Source: Mustelus asterias
Taxonomy: Eukaryota
Reading direction: 5' to 3'
Assembly (NCBI RefSeq): GCF_964213995.1
Contig: NW_027590121.1
Coordinates: 1,488,001 to 1,552,000, forward strand
Length of the DNA stretch: 64,000 nucleotides
The notes below the pieces were generated by a model, which was not told the DNA's origin, made no database searches, and saw only the letters and a list, made by a program, of their open reading frames with translations. Position 1 is the first letter of the stretch; each line of letters begins with the position of its first letter. Both the position numbers and the translations under genes were made by a program. This document shows, in pieces, positions 1 to 11,294 of the stretch.

Positions 1-1607
1 CTTCTTACTGTGTTTACCCCAGTCCAGCGCCGGCATCTACACATCTTGTCTAGGTCACAAGAGGAACAGATTGCAAAATCATGAGACATATCTTTATGGC
101 GCAATGCATGCAGTTAACCTCCAAATCTACTTCAGAGCAGCGGTAATGAAAGCTCTTAGATGTAGAGATCATGTAGCCAAATATTACTGTTATATCATCT
201 TCCAGGGCCGTTAACTGAGAATGCCCCAGCAATTCCTAGAACCAAACATTTGATGTGTCAAAGTCTGCTGTAGTTATGAATACTTGGAATGCTCCATCAT
301 AATTTCAACACAGACTCACCTCGTTAAAAAGGCTGTATTATCCGACAGTACCACGCACCACTTCCTGAATCAGTCGCTAATCAGCCATGCTAAACTCTCC
401 CTCAGTGTACCCGAACAGGCGCCGGAATATGGCGACGAGGGGATTTCCACAGTAACTTCACTGCAGTGTTAATATAAGCTTACTTGCTACACTGATGAAT
501 AGACTGAAGCACTGAACTTCTGATCTAACCAATGACAGAAATCGACCAGCGGCAGCAATGTCTCGAAAAGCACAATGGTGTTAGAGTGAACGCAGCAACC
601 GGAAGCTGTGACCGGGGTCACCGCAGACTCAAAGCTGATGGAAGTGCGGAGTTCTCAGCTGCAGTCGCAGGTGATGGAGAGGAAACAGCGACAGCTGAAC
701 CTGCAGCAGTCTGTGACTACCCTGCATCTGCTGACTGCTCAAGTGACTGAGAAAAAATAGTGTCGGACGGGCGCGAATGGATCATAAACAATTGACTCTC
801 CCTGTGGCTCAATGAAAGACATTTCCCAATTGTTCTTCTCACCCCTCATTCCACGTGTTATTTTCCGTTCTCAAGGTCTGACAATGCCTTTTTGAAATTT
901 ACTATTGAATGCTCTTCCCTTATAGTTTGCGGCGCTCTACTCCAGATGGTAACAAATAGCAATGCAATGAATAACATTTTTCGATCCCTGTCCACTTTTC
1001 TGTGAAAATGGGATGACTTGGTCGTTTATTTATCGACCAGGTGCATTGCTGTCTTTGTTCGTTCAAATGAACAGCGAACCGGTCTGAGAGATTTTGGGAC
1101 CTATCTCAATGTCTGGCCCTCTACCACTTCATTAAATATCCCATAACTTACCCGGAATACTGCGCTGTCTAGATAGGTACAGAAAGCTTTCAGATATGGA
1201 GTGACTGTCCCTTAGCACTCCTGACTGGTCTTTCAGAGCGTTCAACTCCGATGGAGTCTGGGAAACTCAATGTCTGTCACTCGTCCCTGCAGCCGAACTT
1301 AGAATGTGTCACAGACTGGAATGGGATTTATCACAGGAAATAGACAAGGATCCTTTTAATATTGATTCACCGAATACCACGATTATTCCAATTTGGAAGC
1401 ACCATGGAACATGCGCTGCCCGGATGACATTTCCACAGAAAATAACCCAATTTAAATGTATTTTATCCGTTCTTTTTTGATTTTAAAGAGTAAACCCAAA
1501 TCGGCAACAGATCTCACTGATCGGGTGACTGTGGCGCGTATCCAAGGGAGAGAGTGATTAAAAGCCCAGCTCTCTGCACAGGCTCCACTTTCTGGATGAT
1601 CGCGGCA

Positions 1608-1646
1608 GGTTTTTGTACGGCCCTGTATGGTATTTGCTACATTGTG
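1608..1646 (-). other. 23-bp-spacer recombination signal sequence (RSS) of the TCR V segment
   Basis: Heptamer CACAATG (1646-1640), 23-nt spacer (1639-1617) and consensus nonamer ACAAAAACC (1616-1608), directly after TGT GCA ATG GAG G. Confidence 0.93.
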
Positions 1647-1919
1647 CCTCCATTGCACAGAAATAGGTGGCGGTGTCTGTCAGCCGAGCTTCACTAACAT
1701 TCATAACGCTGTGGTTCTCTGAGAAAGTATGCCGAGCCGTGATCCTGCCCTGATCGCTGGTGCCGCTCACCAGGTGCTGCACGGTTCTGTCTAGATTTTG
1801 TCTGTACCATTGAAGGACCTTTCCAGCTCCTGTGGTTGAACAGTTCAACGATGCAGTGGCTCCCTCGGTAACAACCACTGACTCCGGAGACTGTGATAGC
1901 TCTTTACTGCCAGCGGCAT
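1647..1919 (-). CDS. T-cell receptor alpha/delta-type V segment, V exon
   Basis: CAG acceptor at 1922-1920. Open frame (Y)AAGSKELSQSPESVVVTEGATASLNCSTTGAGKVLQWYRQNLDRTVQHLVSGTSDQGRITARHTFSENHSVMNVSEARLTDTATYFCAME. Ig V-set Cys/Trp/DxAxYxC, WYRQ, short CDR2 region and CAM end are typical of TRAV/TRDV, unlike VH. Alpha versus delta cannot be decided here. Confidence 0.85.
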
Positions 1920-2091
1920 CTGGGAAGAATATGTACATTTGCAGTAATAGCATATCGTACTATAATGTAGCACAATAAAGTACAATTGTATTCACAATTC
2001 GAGATGATACAATAAAGCTGAGTTCAATTTAACAGAGCCTAACATTGCTGAGGTGTGAAATATTCCTGTCAGAAATAGTGACCACACTTAC

Positions 2092-2149
2092 ACTGAGGGA
2101 ACAGTAAGAAATCCAGGAAAATAATCAACCAAGTGAAGGTCAGAAACAT
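2092..2149 (-). CDS. Leader exon of the TCR V segment (MFLTFTWLIIFLDFLLFPQ)
   Basis: ATG at 2149-2147, 19 hydrophobic codons plus 1 nt, GTAAGT donor at 2091; phase 1 matches the V exon. Confidence 0.88.
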
Positions 2150-2225
2150 GTTGGATCCTATAGACTTGTGAGAAACAGCTGTCAGCGGATCCCAGGCTGA
2201 GAGAAGCTCCTGGGAAAGCAACCCT

Positions 2226-2851
2226 ATTGGATATCAAGCCGAACCCCAAACCAGTTACACAGTGGCGGTGAGAGCCGGGTCGCGGGGACTTGTGATCACA
2301 AAGTGAATCAGTGAAGGAGCTTCAGCATTGATAGTGCGGGGGAGGAGAGTGCGCATGCGACAGAGCATCCGGTATTGTGACGTCAGAACATCCGGCATTC
2401 TGACGTCAGAGCATCCGTGGCATTGGAACCTCATAGAATCATAGAATGCCTACAGTGCAGAAGGAGACCATTCGGCCCATTGAACCCGCACCGACCACAG
2501 CCCCACCCAGGCCCTCTCCCTGTAACCTCACATCTTTACCCCGCGAATCCCTTTGACACGAAGAGGCTTTTCAGCATGGCCAGTCAACCTAACCCGCACA
2601 TCTTTGGACTGTGGGAAGAAACCGGATCACCCAGAGGAACGCAGACACGGGGAGAACACCCAAATTCCAGACAGACAGTGACCCGAGACTGGAATCGAAC
2701 CCGTGTCCCTGGCGCTGTGAGGCAGTTGTGCTAACCATTGTGGCACCATGCCGCCCAACGTCAGACGTCAGAATGCGGAATGTGTGGCGTCAGAATGTGT
2801 GACGTCACCCTATAGCCCATGTGACGTCACTATGTAGTGCGAGTGACGTCA
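2226..2851. promoter_or_regulatory. Putative TCR V upstream regulatory region with CCAAT, NRF1-like and multiple CRE (TGACGTCA) motifs
   Basis: CCAAT on minus at 2230-2226; TGCGCATGCG at about 2350; perfect TGACGTCA at 2378, 2401, 2800, 2822 and 2844, split by a SINE. Confidence 0.5.
2433..2756 (-). mobile_element. tRNA-derived shark SINE (HE1-like)
   Basis: Reverse complement of the GGCGGCATGGTG..GGTTAGCAC..GCCTCACAGCGCCAGGGAC..GGTTCGATTCC head, with (ATTCTATG)n tail; many copies in the window. Confidence 0.8.
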
Positions 2852-3029
2852 GTGGGTCTGGTCTGAGGGTCAGAAACATTTCTCCTGGAGCCGATCTGAA
2901 TATTCAGCCCTGAGTTGATGGGAATTAACAGCTGATCAGAAACATCTCTCCCGAAACTGATGTGAATATCCAGCTCTGAGGTTGCAGAATAAAGATCTAA
3001 TCAGAAGCAGGGAGGTCCTGCGTTCATGT

Positions 3030-3102
3030 CGGTTAGTCGCTCAATGCACAACGCGTCTGATTATGGATCAGAAGATTTCAAGTTCGATTTCTGCCTGGCT
3101 CG
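3030..3102 (+). pseudogene. Decayed tRNA-Arg(ACG)-derived gene
   Basis: CAACGCGTCTGATTATGGATCAGAAGATTTCAAGTTCGATTTCTGCCTGGCTCG aligns to vertebrate tRNA-Arg-ACG; anticodon now reads ATG and the stems are mismatched. Confidence 0.75.
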
Positions 3103-3142
3103 ATGTAAACTTGACGGTAGTTCAAGCTCTCTGTTGATCACA

Positions 3143-3210
3143 GTTTCTGTAATTGTCATCACATTCGCTTCACACGCGAAAGGTCCCCTGTTCGAAACCG
3201 GGCAGATGCA
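3143..3210 (+). pseudogene. Decayed tRNA-Val(CAC)-derived gene
   Basis: ATCACATTCGCTTCACACGCGAAAGGTCCCCTGTTCGAAACCGGGC matches tRNA-Val-CAC; small deletion in the D-arm region; B-box GTTCGAAAC retained. Confidence 0.8.
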
Positions 3211-3269
3211 TTATTAAACTTTCTCAGTTAGGTTGCGGAAAGTCTGCATGATTTCAATTTTTTATGGGC

Positions 3270-3595
3270 CAAATGGTGGCACAATGATTATCACTGATGC
3301 CTCACAGCGCCAGGGACCCGGGTCAATTCCGACATTGGCTCACTGTCTGTGTGGAGTGTGCATGTTCTCCCCGTGTCTGCGTGGGTTTACTCTGAGTGCT
3401 CCGGTTTCCTCCCACAGTCCAAAGATGTGCGGATTGGGTGGATTTGCCATGATAAATTGCCTCTTAGTGTCAGGAGGACTAGCTAGGGTAAATGCATGGA
3501 GTTCAGGGGATAGGGCCTGGGTGGGATTGTTGCCGGTGCAGAATCGATGGGCCGACTGGTCTCCTTCTGCACGATAGGGATTCTATGTTTTCTAT
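3270..3595 (+). mobile_element. tRNA-derived shark SINE (HE1-like)
   Basis: GGTGGCAC..GCCTCACAGCGCCAGGGACCCGGGTCAATTCC head, conserved body and TTCTATG tail. Confidence 0.8.
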
Positions 3596-3795
3596 CTGTA
3601 GGCTGATTTGATGATGGAACTGTCGGTCTGATCATATTCTGCTGTCTGTTTTCTCAGTCACTGCTGGAAACAGATGCGTGACAGTTTGATGCAATGCTTA
3701 TTTCGTTTCCGCTCGGTGTAGGAGAGTGTGTCTGTGGATAATTGGCACTGTGCACATTGATGTAATCAGTATCTGGGAGAATCGGGCAGGTGGGA

Positions 3796-3853
3796 TACTG
3801 GTCATCGAGTGGTGAGGGGTCGGCGCTTTCAGGGTCGCAGACTGGCTTCGATG
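3796..3853 (+). pseudogene. Decayed tRNA-Glu(TTC)-like remnant
   Basis: CTGGT..AGTGGTGAGG..TCGGCGCTTTCA..CGC..GGCTTCGAT resembles tRNA-Glu-TTC. Confidence 0.5.
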
Positions 3854-4317
3854 TACTAAGATTTAATGTTTTTGATTTTAAGAAAAATTGAAATACTTCC
3901 TGATCGAAAACAGCTCTGTCAGAATCAGTGGAGTGAGATTTGTAGTTTTGCTTGCGAGCTGGAAATGTCACATGTGCAACTGGTCAAGAACAAACACAGA
4001 GTGAAGGACAGTGATAGGTTGTAAGGTTCTTCCGATAGAGATCGTGATACAAGGTAACGTCTGGGTGCTAATGGGCCAGATTTAACCGTTTACACTGACA
4101 AAAATATCACGCATTTCTGGATAAAAATTCCCAGGCTAAGAAGAAAACTTCTCACCGAATGAACATTAAACTCTTTCACCTTTATTGATTGCAGTTTTCA
4201 TTCAGACACTGAGGTCAACAAAGCGGGATGGAAAAAGATTCAGTTTGATTGGTGACGCTGCCGGAGGGATGGAGAGCTGGAGTCACCCAGGAAAGCAGCA
4301 AAGTTTAAACATGATGG

Positions 4318-4386
4318 AGCCTAACGTGGGGCTGCAACCAACGATTCTGAAATTACATCTGATATGCTACGACTAAGCTAACCGTC
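4318..4386 (-). pseudogene. Decayed tRNA-Lys(CTT)-like remnant
   Basis: GCCTAACGTGGGGCTGCAACCAACGA..CTGAAATTA..CGACTAAGCTAACCG matches the reverse complement of tRNA-Lys-CTT. Confidence 0.65.
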
Positions 4387-4929
4387 CTCCTGCTGTAGCG
4401 ATGCTTGCACCCTTTCTTAACATACGTGAAGCCAAACGCTGTTTCCATCTGGTGCCTCAGCTTGTTCTGAATTCAAAGTTTACAGTTAACCGATCAATAA
4501 AATCCCCCACCGTTACAATGCATTCCTCTCAGTCAGCAGTAACATCATTCCCGTCTTCTATTTATTTGCTGCACCTCCTTCCAAACATTACAAACTCCTC
4601 TTACATCTTTCACTCTGATCTTTTCTCTGAAACATTTCATGATTAAACTTTTGAACTATTGTGGATAATTTGTGACGCTAAAAAGCTGTTCATTTCCAAG
4701 GGGGAGCTAAAGCACATTGACGCACACAGAGAAACCCAGACACATACACGCACCCAGCGTGACAGAGGCCGAAGGAGAGACAACACACTGAAAACACAAC
4801 CTGGCTCCGTCTCTGTTCCATTTCTGACTACAGGTTCCGTGATGCTTTTGTGAATGAACGGAAATGTGAAACCGCCCGATTGTTTGGGTGGATTTGATTC
4901 AATTCGCTCTGTGGACACAGAGTTAAAAC

Positions 4930-5000
4930 CAGGAATAATCAGAAACGGGAAATCCCAATGGATTCAAACTCCATCACGTTAACCAGCCAGCCACGATGAC
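4930..5000 (-). pseudogene. Decayed tRNA-Ser-like remnant
   Basis: GGGAAATCCCAATGGATTCAAACTCCATCACGTTAACCA..GCCACGA matches the reverse complement of tRNA-Ser(TGA/AGA). Confidence 0.6.
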
Positions 5001-5643
5001 TGGCGCTCTGAGCTATGAAGCCAACCGCATGCCCATTTTAACAGTTACTCTTCTATAATCAGTGGAACGAGCATCAGAGCGAAGATTTTGTGGGTAATAT
5101 TTGATTCATAGGAAATGTCTGAGATGGACAATACGAAGTTCAAAGATGTTAATGGAAAGCGGCAGAATTTGAAATGTGTCAGTTACTTTCAGTGATCACT
5201 GTCTGCCGTGTGTTTGCCGTGTGATTCTTCGTCAGAGCTTATTTCTGATGTTATATGTCTGACTTTTCCAACTCTAGTGCAAGTTCATGCAGCTGGAAGA
5301 TTAATCTTGCTTCGCCCTTCACAGATGCTGTGAGGTGTGTTTGCATTCAATGAAGAATTATAGAAAGTTATTCAGTTCTTGGGTGGAAATCAAACTCGAA
5401 CCACCGTACTGAATCCTGACCACGAAACTTCCAGTGAAGCTGATTTAAGAGATTTGCAATTAGTTGATCATCATCGCTTTAGTCATTGCTTCATTTCAGA
5501 CCACTTTCGCCTGAGACACATTCACTCAATCATGATATCAATTTATGATTCCAGTAAAACGCACCTCTTTCCTTGTGTTCAGATCCAATTATCCCCATAA
5601 ACGGAGCAAATTCAAAATGTTCTACTTAGTTATCGATTGTTAT

Positions 5644-5699
5644 AAACCCCGGGCCCTGGCGGTGAAAATACTGATTCGGCACCAATAGATCACCAGAGA
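5644..5699 (-). pseudogene. Decayed tRNA-Glu(TTC)-like remnant
   Basis: AACCCCGGGCCCTGGCGGTGAAAATACTGATTC..ACCAATAGATCACCAGAGA matches the reverse complement of tRNA-Glu-TTC. Confidence 0.6.
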
Positions 5700-5720
5700 T
5701 GGTTAAATTTTCATTCAATA

Positions 5721-5726
5721 TTTATT
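5721..5726 (-). terminator. Candidate poly(A) signal for membrane IgM mRNA
   Basis: AATAAA on the minus strand about 450 nt after the TM2 stop. Confidence 0.5.
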
Positions 5727-6178
5727 TTAAAAATTCAGAGAATATTTTACAGCGACATTATTTTTTAAAGTTAGAAAAGTGAATTTAACGATCGAGCTTC
5801 ACATTGAGAACACAACACATGCACAGGGAATCTGTCAATATTTGTACATCTGTTACATACACCAGAAAGAGAAAACAGGACCTTAATAGAAAGAGGAATT
5901 AACAAATATGGATAAGGAATGAGAAAAGTTTCTTATTTATACATGATATTTAAACTATGGGGAAACTGTTAACCACAATTACATTATAACAAAAAATGCC
6001 TCGTACTTTTCACTCTGAAAACTGAAATACCGTCTACGATTGTCTCAGTTACAGGTTCAGAATGATAAACTGAGAGAATTTGACTGATAGAGTCACCAAG
6101 AGCAGATATTGTATTTGTGTCATACGGAGATCATAATAATCAGCTGAGGGAAATCTGCAGCATCCAAAATTCAAGCCA

Positions 6179-6187
6179 TCACTTGAT
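6179..6187 (-). CDS. IGHM: IgM TM2 exon coding part (IK*)
   Basis: Polypyrimidine tract and CAG acceptor, then ATC AAG TGA; gives a KIK cytoplasmic tail. Confidence 0.88.
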   Translation of the reverse strand: MK

Positions 6188-6323
6188 CTGTAAAAGAAAG
6201 ATACAATAATGAAGCAGTTGTTTATGATGCGGGATATTAAAGTTAGAGTTTTTAATGGAACATTGAGAGATTTTTCAAGTCCATTCTGTCAGTTTGATAT
6301 GTGAGTGCATTCAATCATCTCAC

Positions 6324-6451
6324 CTTCACCAGAGTGACCGCAGTGCTGTAGAAAATGCTCAGGAAGAACAGGACAATGAATGTGGAAGCCGTTGTCCAGA
6401 TGTTACTGTTATCATCCTCATTGTCTTCAATCCAGATGCGGTCGGTGGAGT
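6324..6451 (-). CDS. IGHM: IgM TM1 exon (DSTDRIWIEDNEDDNSNIWTTASTFIVLFFLSIFYSTAVTLVK)
   Basis: TAG acceptor at 6454-6452, GTGAG donor at 6323; conserved mu transmembrane motif WTTASTFIVLF.LS.FYS..VTL.K. Not in the ORF track. Confidence 0.95.
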
Positions 6452-7279
6452 CTAGGGGACGGAGACCAGGATATGAAATTAGATTACTTTGTTTCTCCAG
6501 GTAATCTTATTGTTATTTTTCTTTTCCCCGTTCTCCTTTTTAAACTGTTCATTTATTCTTGAACTTAATTTTCAATGTATACCTACTCTTAAGCTCAGGA
6601 CACTCAGTAACCGATCTCCGTAACTATTTTCACACCTGATCTTTATTGACATTCCTTGGACAGTCCATGTCAGAAAGCACTGAAGATGTTTTCTTGAAAA
6701 TCAGTTGATTTTTTGACAATTCGGAACTATCCCTTATTGAAGAATATTATCACTGATATCGAGGAACGTTCACTGATCAATGATTGTTTTCACAGATGGT
6801 TACTGATCTGAACACTGTGAATGTTGTTGTTTAAGAGTTGGGATGTAATTTCCGATCTGTGCTTCTTTATGGTGGAAATGTTTAGTAGATCGTGAGCTTA
6901 ATTCAGTTTCTCAACGTATTTATCTGTTCATTGTACATTGGGATAATAAATCTGTGGATATCTCCATTAAAAAATCACGTTTAAATTTTACTTTCATCAT
7001 TTGCCTACCGTTTGTATTGAAGATTTTGCATTTGTGTGCGTGTGCATGAGCATCTCGTGCTCTGCATTAATCTTTGGCTCTGAGTTAATATGTGTTTATG
7101 AGTGTTAATGTACGCGTTCATTTGCCAGTGATTGTTGATTTCTGTAGTTGTGTGTCTGCATCTGTGCGCATATTTTATTCTTTTGTCATTGTGTATATAT
7201 GACTCTATTATTGTGTGAAGTCTATGAATATATATTAATGCCACTCTTAATGCGTGCTATATGTCACTCTAATAATGTT

Positions 7280-7436
7280 TGTTTCCCTTTCTGTGGAGTT
7301 GCCGGCGTTGGACTGGGGTCGGCACAGTAAGTAGTCTCACAACACCCGGTTAAAGTCCAACAGGTTTATTTGGTTGCACGAGCTTTCGGAGCGTTGCCCC
7401 TTCATCAGGTAACGACTTACTGTTTCCCTTTCTGTG
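7280..7436. mobile_element. Short Penelope-derived insertion with a 16-bp direct repeat (TSD-like) and a hammerhead core
   Basis: TGTTTCCCTTTCTGTG at 7280-7295 and 7421-7436 flanks a sequence matching the end of the Penelope piece at 31614-31740. Confidence 0.7.
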
Positions 7437-8441
7437 TGCGTCTGTTTCTCTATGTGTCTGTGTGCACGCCTGTTAACATGTCAGTGTATGTATACACGTG
7501 TTGCCATTCTTTATAACGGTGCGTTTATGTATATTTGTGTTTCGATGTGTGGTAATGTGTGCTATGATGTTCTGTTCTATGAGCATGTTGATGTTTGCGT
7601 CCACATGTTTGTGTGTAAATGTTTTGCTGTCTGTTCTTCTATATGCAGTCTGGTGATTTGTTTCTATGTATTTCCATATATGTTTGTGAATGTGTATAAC
7701 ATTGTGTGTCTTTATATCTATATTCCTATCAGCGTGAACGTGTGCTAATATATATATGTATTTATTTGAGTCAAAGTATGTGCTTGTGTATTTATGTGGG
7801 TCTGCATGCGTGTGTATCTGTCTGTATTGTGTCTATGCATGTATGTGTTTGTGTTTGGGTCTGTACCTACTCACGTATGTGTATGTGTATGTACTTGTGT
7901 GTTTCATGTGTACATGTGTGGTTTGTACATATTTGATTATGTGTGTGTATGTTGTTGTTTTAGTGTCTGTTTGTACAAGAGCGCGTGTCTATGTGTTTGT
8001 ATGTGTGTGTGTGTGTATGTGTGCGTCTGTGTGTGTGTGTGTGCGAGTGAGAGAGAGAGAATGGGTGTGTCCCTATGTATATTTGTGTACGGATGTGTTT
8101 GTGTATGGGTGTATTTTTGTGTGGGTGTATTTGTGTAAGTGTGTATTTCTGTTTGTGCATGTTTTGCCCATGAGTGCATTTGTGTGTGCATTCTTGTTTC
8201 TCTGCATGTGTGTTCGTCTGTGCAAGTATTGAGTGTACCTATGGTGTGTGAAAGTGTATCTGTTGTGTATTTGTGTGTTTCTGTGCCTGTATTTGAATGT
8301 GCCTGTCCCTATTTCTGTATATGTATGTGTGTGGGGGTATGTGCATGCGTTTGTGTGTGTACATTTACATGTGTCTTTCTGCATTTGTGTGCATATGTGT
8401 GAGTATGTGTATTTGTGTGTGTAGTTGTGCATTTGTGTCGA

Positions 8442-8473
<32 letters not shown>

Positions 8474-8560
8474 TGAGTGTGAGTGTGTGTGTGCGCGCTT
8501 ATGTGTGTATTTATAATTGTGACAGTTCTGTGGAGTATTGTCAGTGTGTGTATTTTTTAG
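7437..8560. repeat. Degenerate (TG)n/(TGTA)n microsatellite tract in the CH4-TM1 intron
   Basis: Low-complexity TG-rich sequence. Confidence 0.9.
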
Positions 8561-9613
8561 CTGTTGCTCCAAGTTTCACCGCAATCATTAACTGAAAATG
8601 ATCCAAACAATACGAATAATGGAGCATATTTTCAATGTTTTGCTGTATGAATGTAGTTTATGTGAGTGGCACGGTGATATCAGGAGAACGAATCAAATCA
8701 TTCATTGATGCATCTCGGAAGCATCAGGGACAGAACAGTGAAAACTGGGGAGGATTCAATCATTTGTTTCAATTTGCATTATGGGAAATCACTGCCAGGA
8801 CATGATTAACAGGAACAAGAGTGCAGAAACATTTTTAAATTCTGTTACATAAGTATATATGCATCACATTGATTAAGAAAATGATACTTCAAACTCTGCA
8901 GCAAATAAACCGGAAGCTAATTTGTACTGTTGGCAACTGGGTTCTTCGAGTAGAGAGCTGGTCCCTTCCAAACACGTTACTTGCGAAGAGGGAGGGAGTG
9001 AGCTCATAACTTCCCTCTCTCTACCCGGTGAAGCAATGTGCCTGATGGTTCTAACCACTGACGAGGTGGAGGTGAGTGGATTAAATAATGCCATTCCTCC
9101 TCTTTTCATTGAGGAAGTGGTGGTACATGGGTTAGCTACTGCTCTCCCCTCTCTTTGTTGGGTGAGTAGGAATCTGGTATGTTAACAATTTCACTCTCCC
9201 TCTCTCTCTGATGGGGGATTGTTGCTCCATGTTTCTGTGTGACCCTCACTTCAGTTCCCAGTGGGTGTGGTGCAGCAGCTTAAATATGACATCAATGGTA
9301 AAGGCATGGACAACGAGAGAAGCAGGAACACCGAGATCTAAATGTTGTGTTTGTTTGTCAGAAATGTTGAATTTGTCAGATTTCTCCTCAGTGGGAGGAA
9401 AGTCGGTGAAGATATTTTGCAGAATACTGTAATGAATGTGCTCTACTCTGTCTCTAACCCAGGGTGTATCTGAGCTGGGTGCACTGGTTCAACAAGGCTT
9501 GGGCCCGAGACGTGAAAATACCTGACTCAAACCAAAGATACATAGTGGAAGTAAAATTGAAAACCAATCAATTAAGCAATTGGGTATTTCATTTATCGTT
9601 GGAGGAAAAAGAT

Positions 9614-9628
9614 TTTATTCTTTTTATT
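9614..9628 (-). terminator. Poly(A) signals for secreted IgM mRNA
   Basis: Two AATAAA on the minus strand (9628-9623 and 9619-9614), about 30-40 nt past the secretory stop. Confidence 0.75.
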
Positions 9629-9655
9629 GAAGTTTTTAATGTAATCGAGTGATTC

Positions 9656-10047
9656 TCATTGACATGAATTAACGGTGTCCATCAGTGCAAGGGAAATGTT
9701 CACAAAACTGGGTTTACCGCTGGATTTGTCAACTGTTCTGTTGATGATCTTCAAGGGGATGGCTTCATGTCCCACCACACAGGAGTAAGAAGCGCCGCTG
9801 GACCATTCCTCTGCTGCAATGGATAACAGGCTGTACATGAAGAAGGAGCTATTCCCGCTCTCCGCGACCACCTCGGTGTTCTTATAGTTCCCAGGATTCA
9901 CTGGCTTGTCGTTGACGGTCCACTTGACGAAGATCTCTCGAGGGGAGAAACGTCTCACTAAGCAGCTGAGGGAGACGAATCTCTGAGCGGAGACTTCTTC
10001 TGCCGAGGGCAGGAGGACAGAGACGAACGGTTCCCGCGGATTTGGAT
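9656..10047 (-). CDS. IGHM: IgM CH4 exon plus secretory tailpiece
   Basis: CAG acceptor at 10050-10048; continuous frame (D)[42 protein letters not shown]...[43 protein letters not shown]. Internal G/GTAAA donor at 9718/9717 for TM splicing; tail has the N-glycan site and penultimate Cys. Confidence 0.97.
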
Positions 10048-10540
10048 CTGCAGAAAATGTACAATAAATGTCAATAAACTGGAGAATTCTGGAGACAATG
10101 AAACTGCTGGCTAGATATCAGAAAAATGTGCTTCGTTTCGATTTTCAATGTTTCCATTTTTGACTTCCAGTTTGGAGCAGATGTGAACACAATTATTTTA
10201 TCAAATAACTCAGGGGGCTGGACTGGGAAGTTTCAGAAATTTTACAGCACAGAATCAGGCTATTCGGCCCAACTGATCGGCTTTTCTTTTGGTTTTCATG
10301 CTCCACATCAGGCTCCTCCCTCGTTATTCGATCTAAACCCAATAACATCGCCTTCAGTTCACTTTTCATTCATCAACACATCAAATTTCCCCGTAAAAAT
10401 ATCTACAACTCCCAGTTTTTAGTTAATGGAGTTTCCACTCAGGGGAGACCATTAATGCACTGAATACTGAATATTGACCAGTACACTTACACTGGAAATA
10501 GACACAGTGACGCATTTATTGCTTCAATCTCTCAGCTCAC

Positions 10541-10849
10541 CTGTTTCCTTGTGGATGGATTTTCTTAAAGGAGTCGGCAGATCCTGATGGCTCACCACGC
10601 AGTCAAACACAGCCGCACTCAGCCAGGCTTGTGTCGAGATGTTTAAGTTGCTGACCACGCTGTCAGGATCCGCTCCTGGCTTTTCGGCAATCTCTGATTT
10701 CAAATACTTCCTGTCTCGGATCCAGGACACATTGACTCCATAGGGAGCATGAGAAATGATGCAGGTTAAGGTCACGGTCGCCTCCAATAAGACCTGTTCT
10801 ATTGGCGGGGGCTGTATCGTCACTGTGGTATCAGGGCACTGGGGAGTAT
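10541..10849 (-). CDS. IGHM: IgM CH3 exon
   Basis: 309 nt, CAG acceptor and GTGAG donor, phase 1; (D)[50 protein letters not shown]. Confidence 0.96.
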
Positions 10850-11294
10850 CTGTGAATGAAAAATGAAAATCAACCCTAGTTCCCTCTTCAGAAGCAGGAC
10901 AGCAGTCTTCAGCCTGAAGGAGACGAAGTTGCCTTCGATATATCAACCACTAACTATCACCTTTCAGCCTCTATGGAGGATGGAAAACCAGCCTGCTCTG
11001 TGAAATTATTCTCTTTTTGTTCAAGTATTTTAGCAGCGGTATCATTCTCATGAATCAACATTGCAGTATTCCCCAACAAATATAGCATTCCTGAACTCAG
11101 GAACCAAGTACTGGCAGTTAGTTTATAAGTAGGGTGGATACACTTCCCAATATTTTACCCCTATGCTGTGACCTGTGAAACAGTCCGACACCGACTCTCT
11201 CTCCAAATCTTACCAGCTGTCTCAGGAAAAAGCTGACATCAAGACCAGCTCGCTTACTATGTTACTTTAAAATGGAAGGGAACACTATTTCAAG

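Noticed and set aside
1647-2149. NAR-TCR V, NAR-TCR-supporting V-delta, or light-chain V
   Set aside because: It has its own leader exon, no extra CDR1 Cys, and I found no D/J in the 1.6 kb downstream. The sequence features fit a conventional TCR alpha/delta V best.
3030-3210. Functional tRNA genes
   Set aside because: Acceptor and D stems are disrupted and the Arg anticodon is mutated, so they are called as pseudogenes.
6179-6187. KIK instead of KVK cytoplasmic tail
   Set aside because: Conservative substitution; not evidence of altered function.
7434-8572. Cys/Val- or His/Thr-rich ORFs
   Set aside because: Translations of TG/CA microsatellite.
8873-9520. Possible extra exon between the secretory tail and TM1
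   Set aside because: The minus-strand frames I translated hit stops, there are no Ig motifs, and there is no convincing in-phase acceptor/donor pair.
9882-10064. Apparent frameshift in CH4 (two overlapping ORFs in the track)
   Set aside because: Manual translation from the acceptor at 10047 is one continuous frame to the stop at 9656; the track merely began at an internal GTG.
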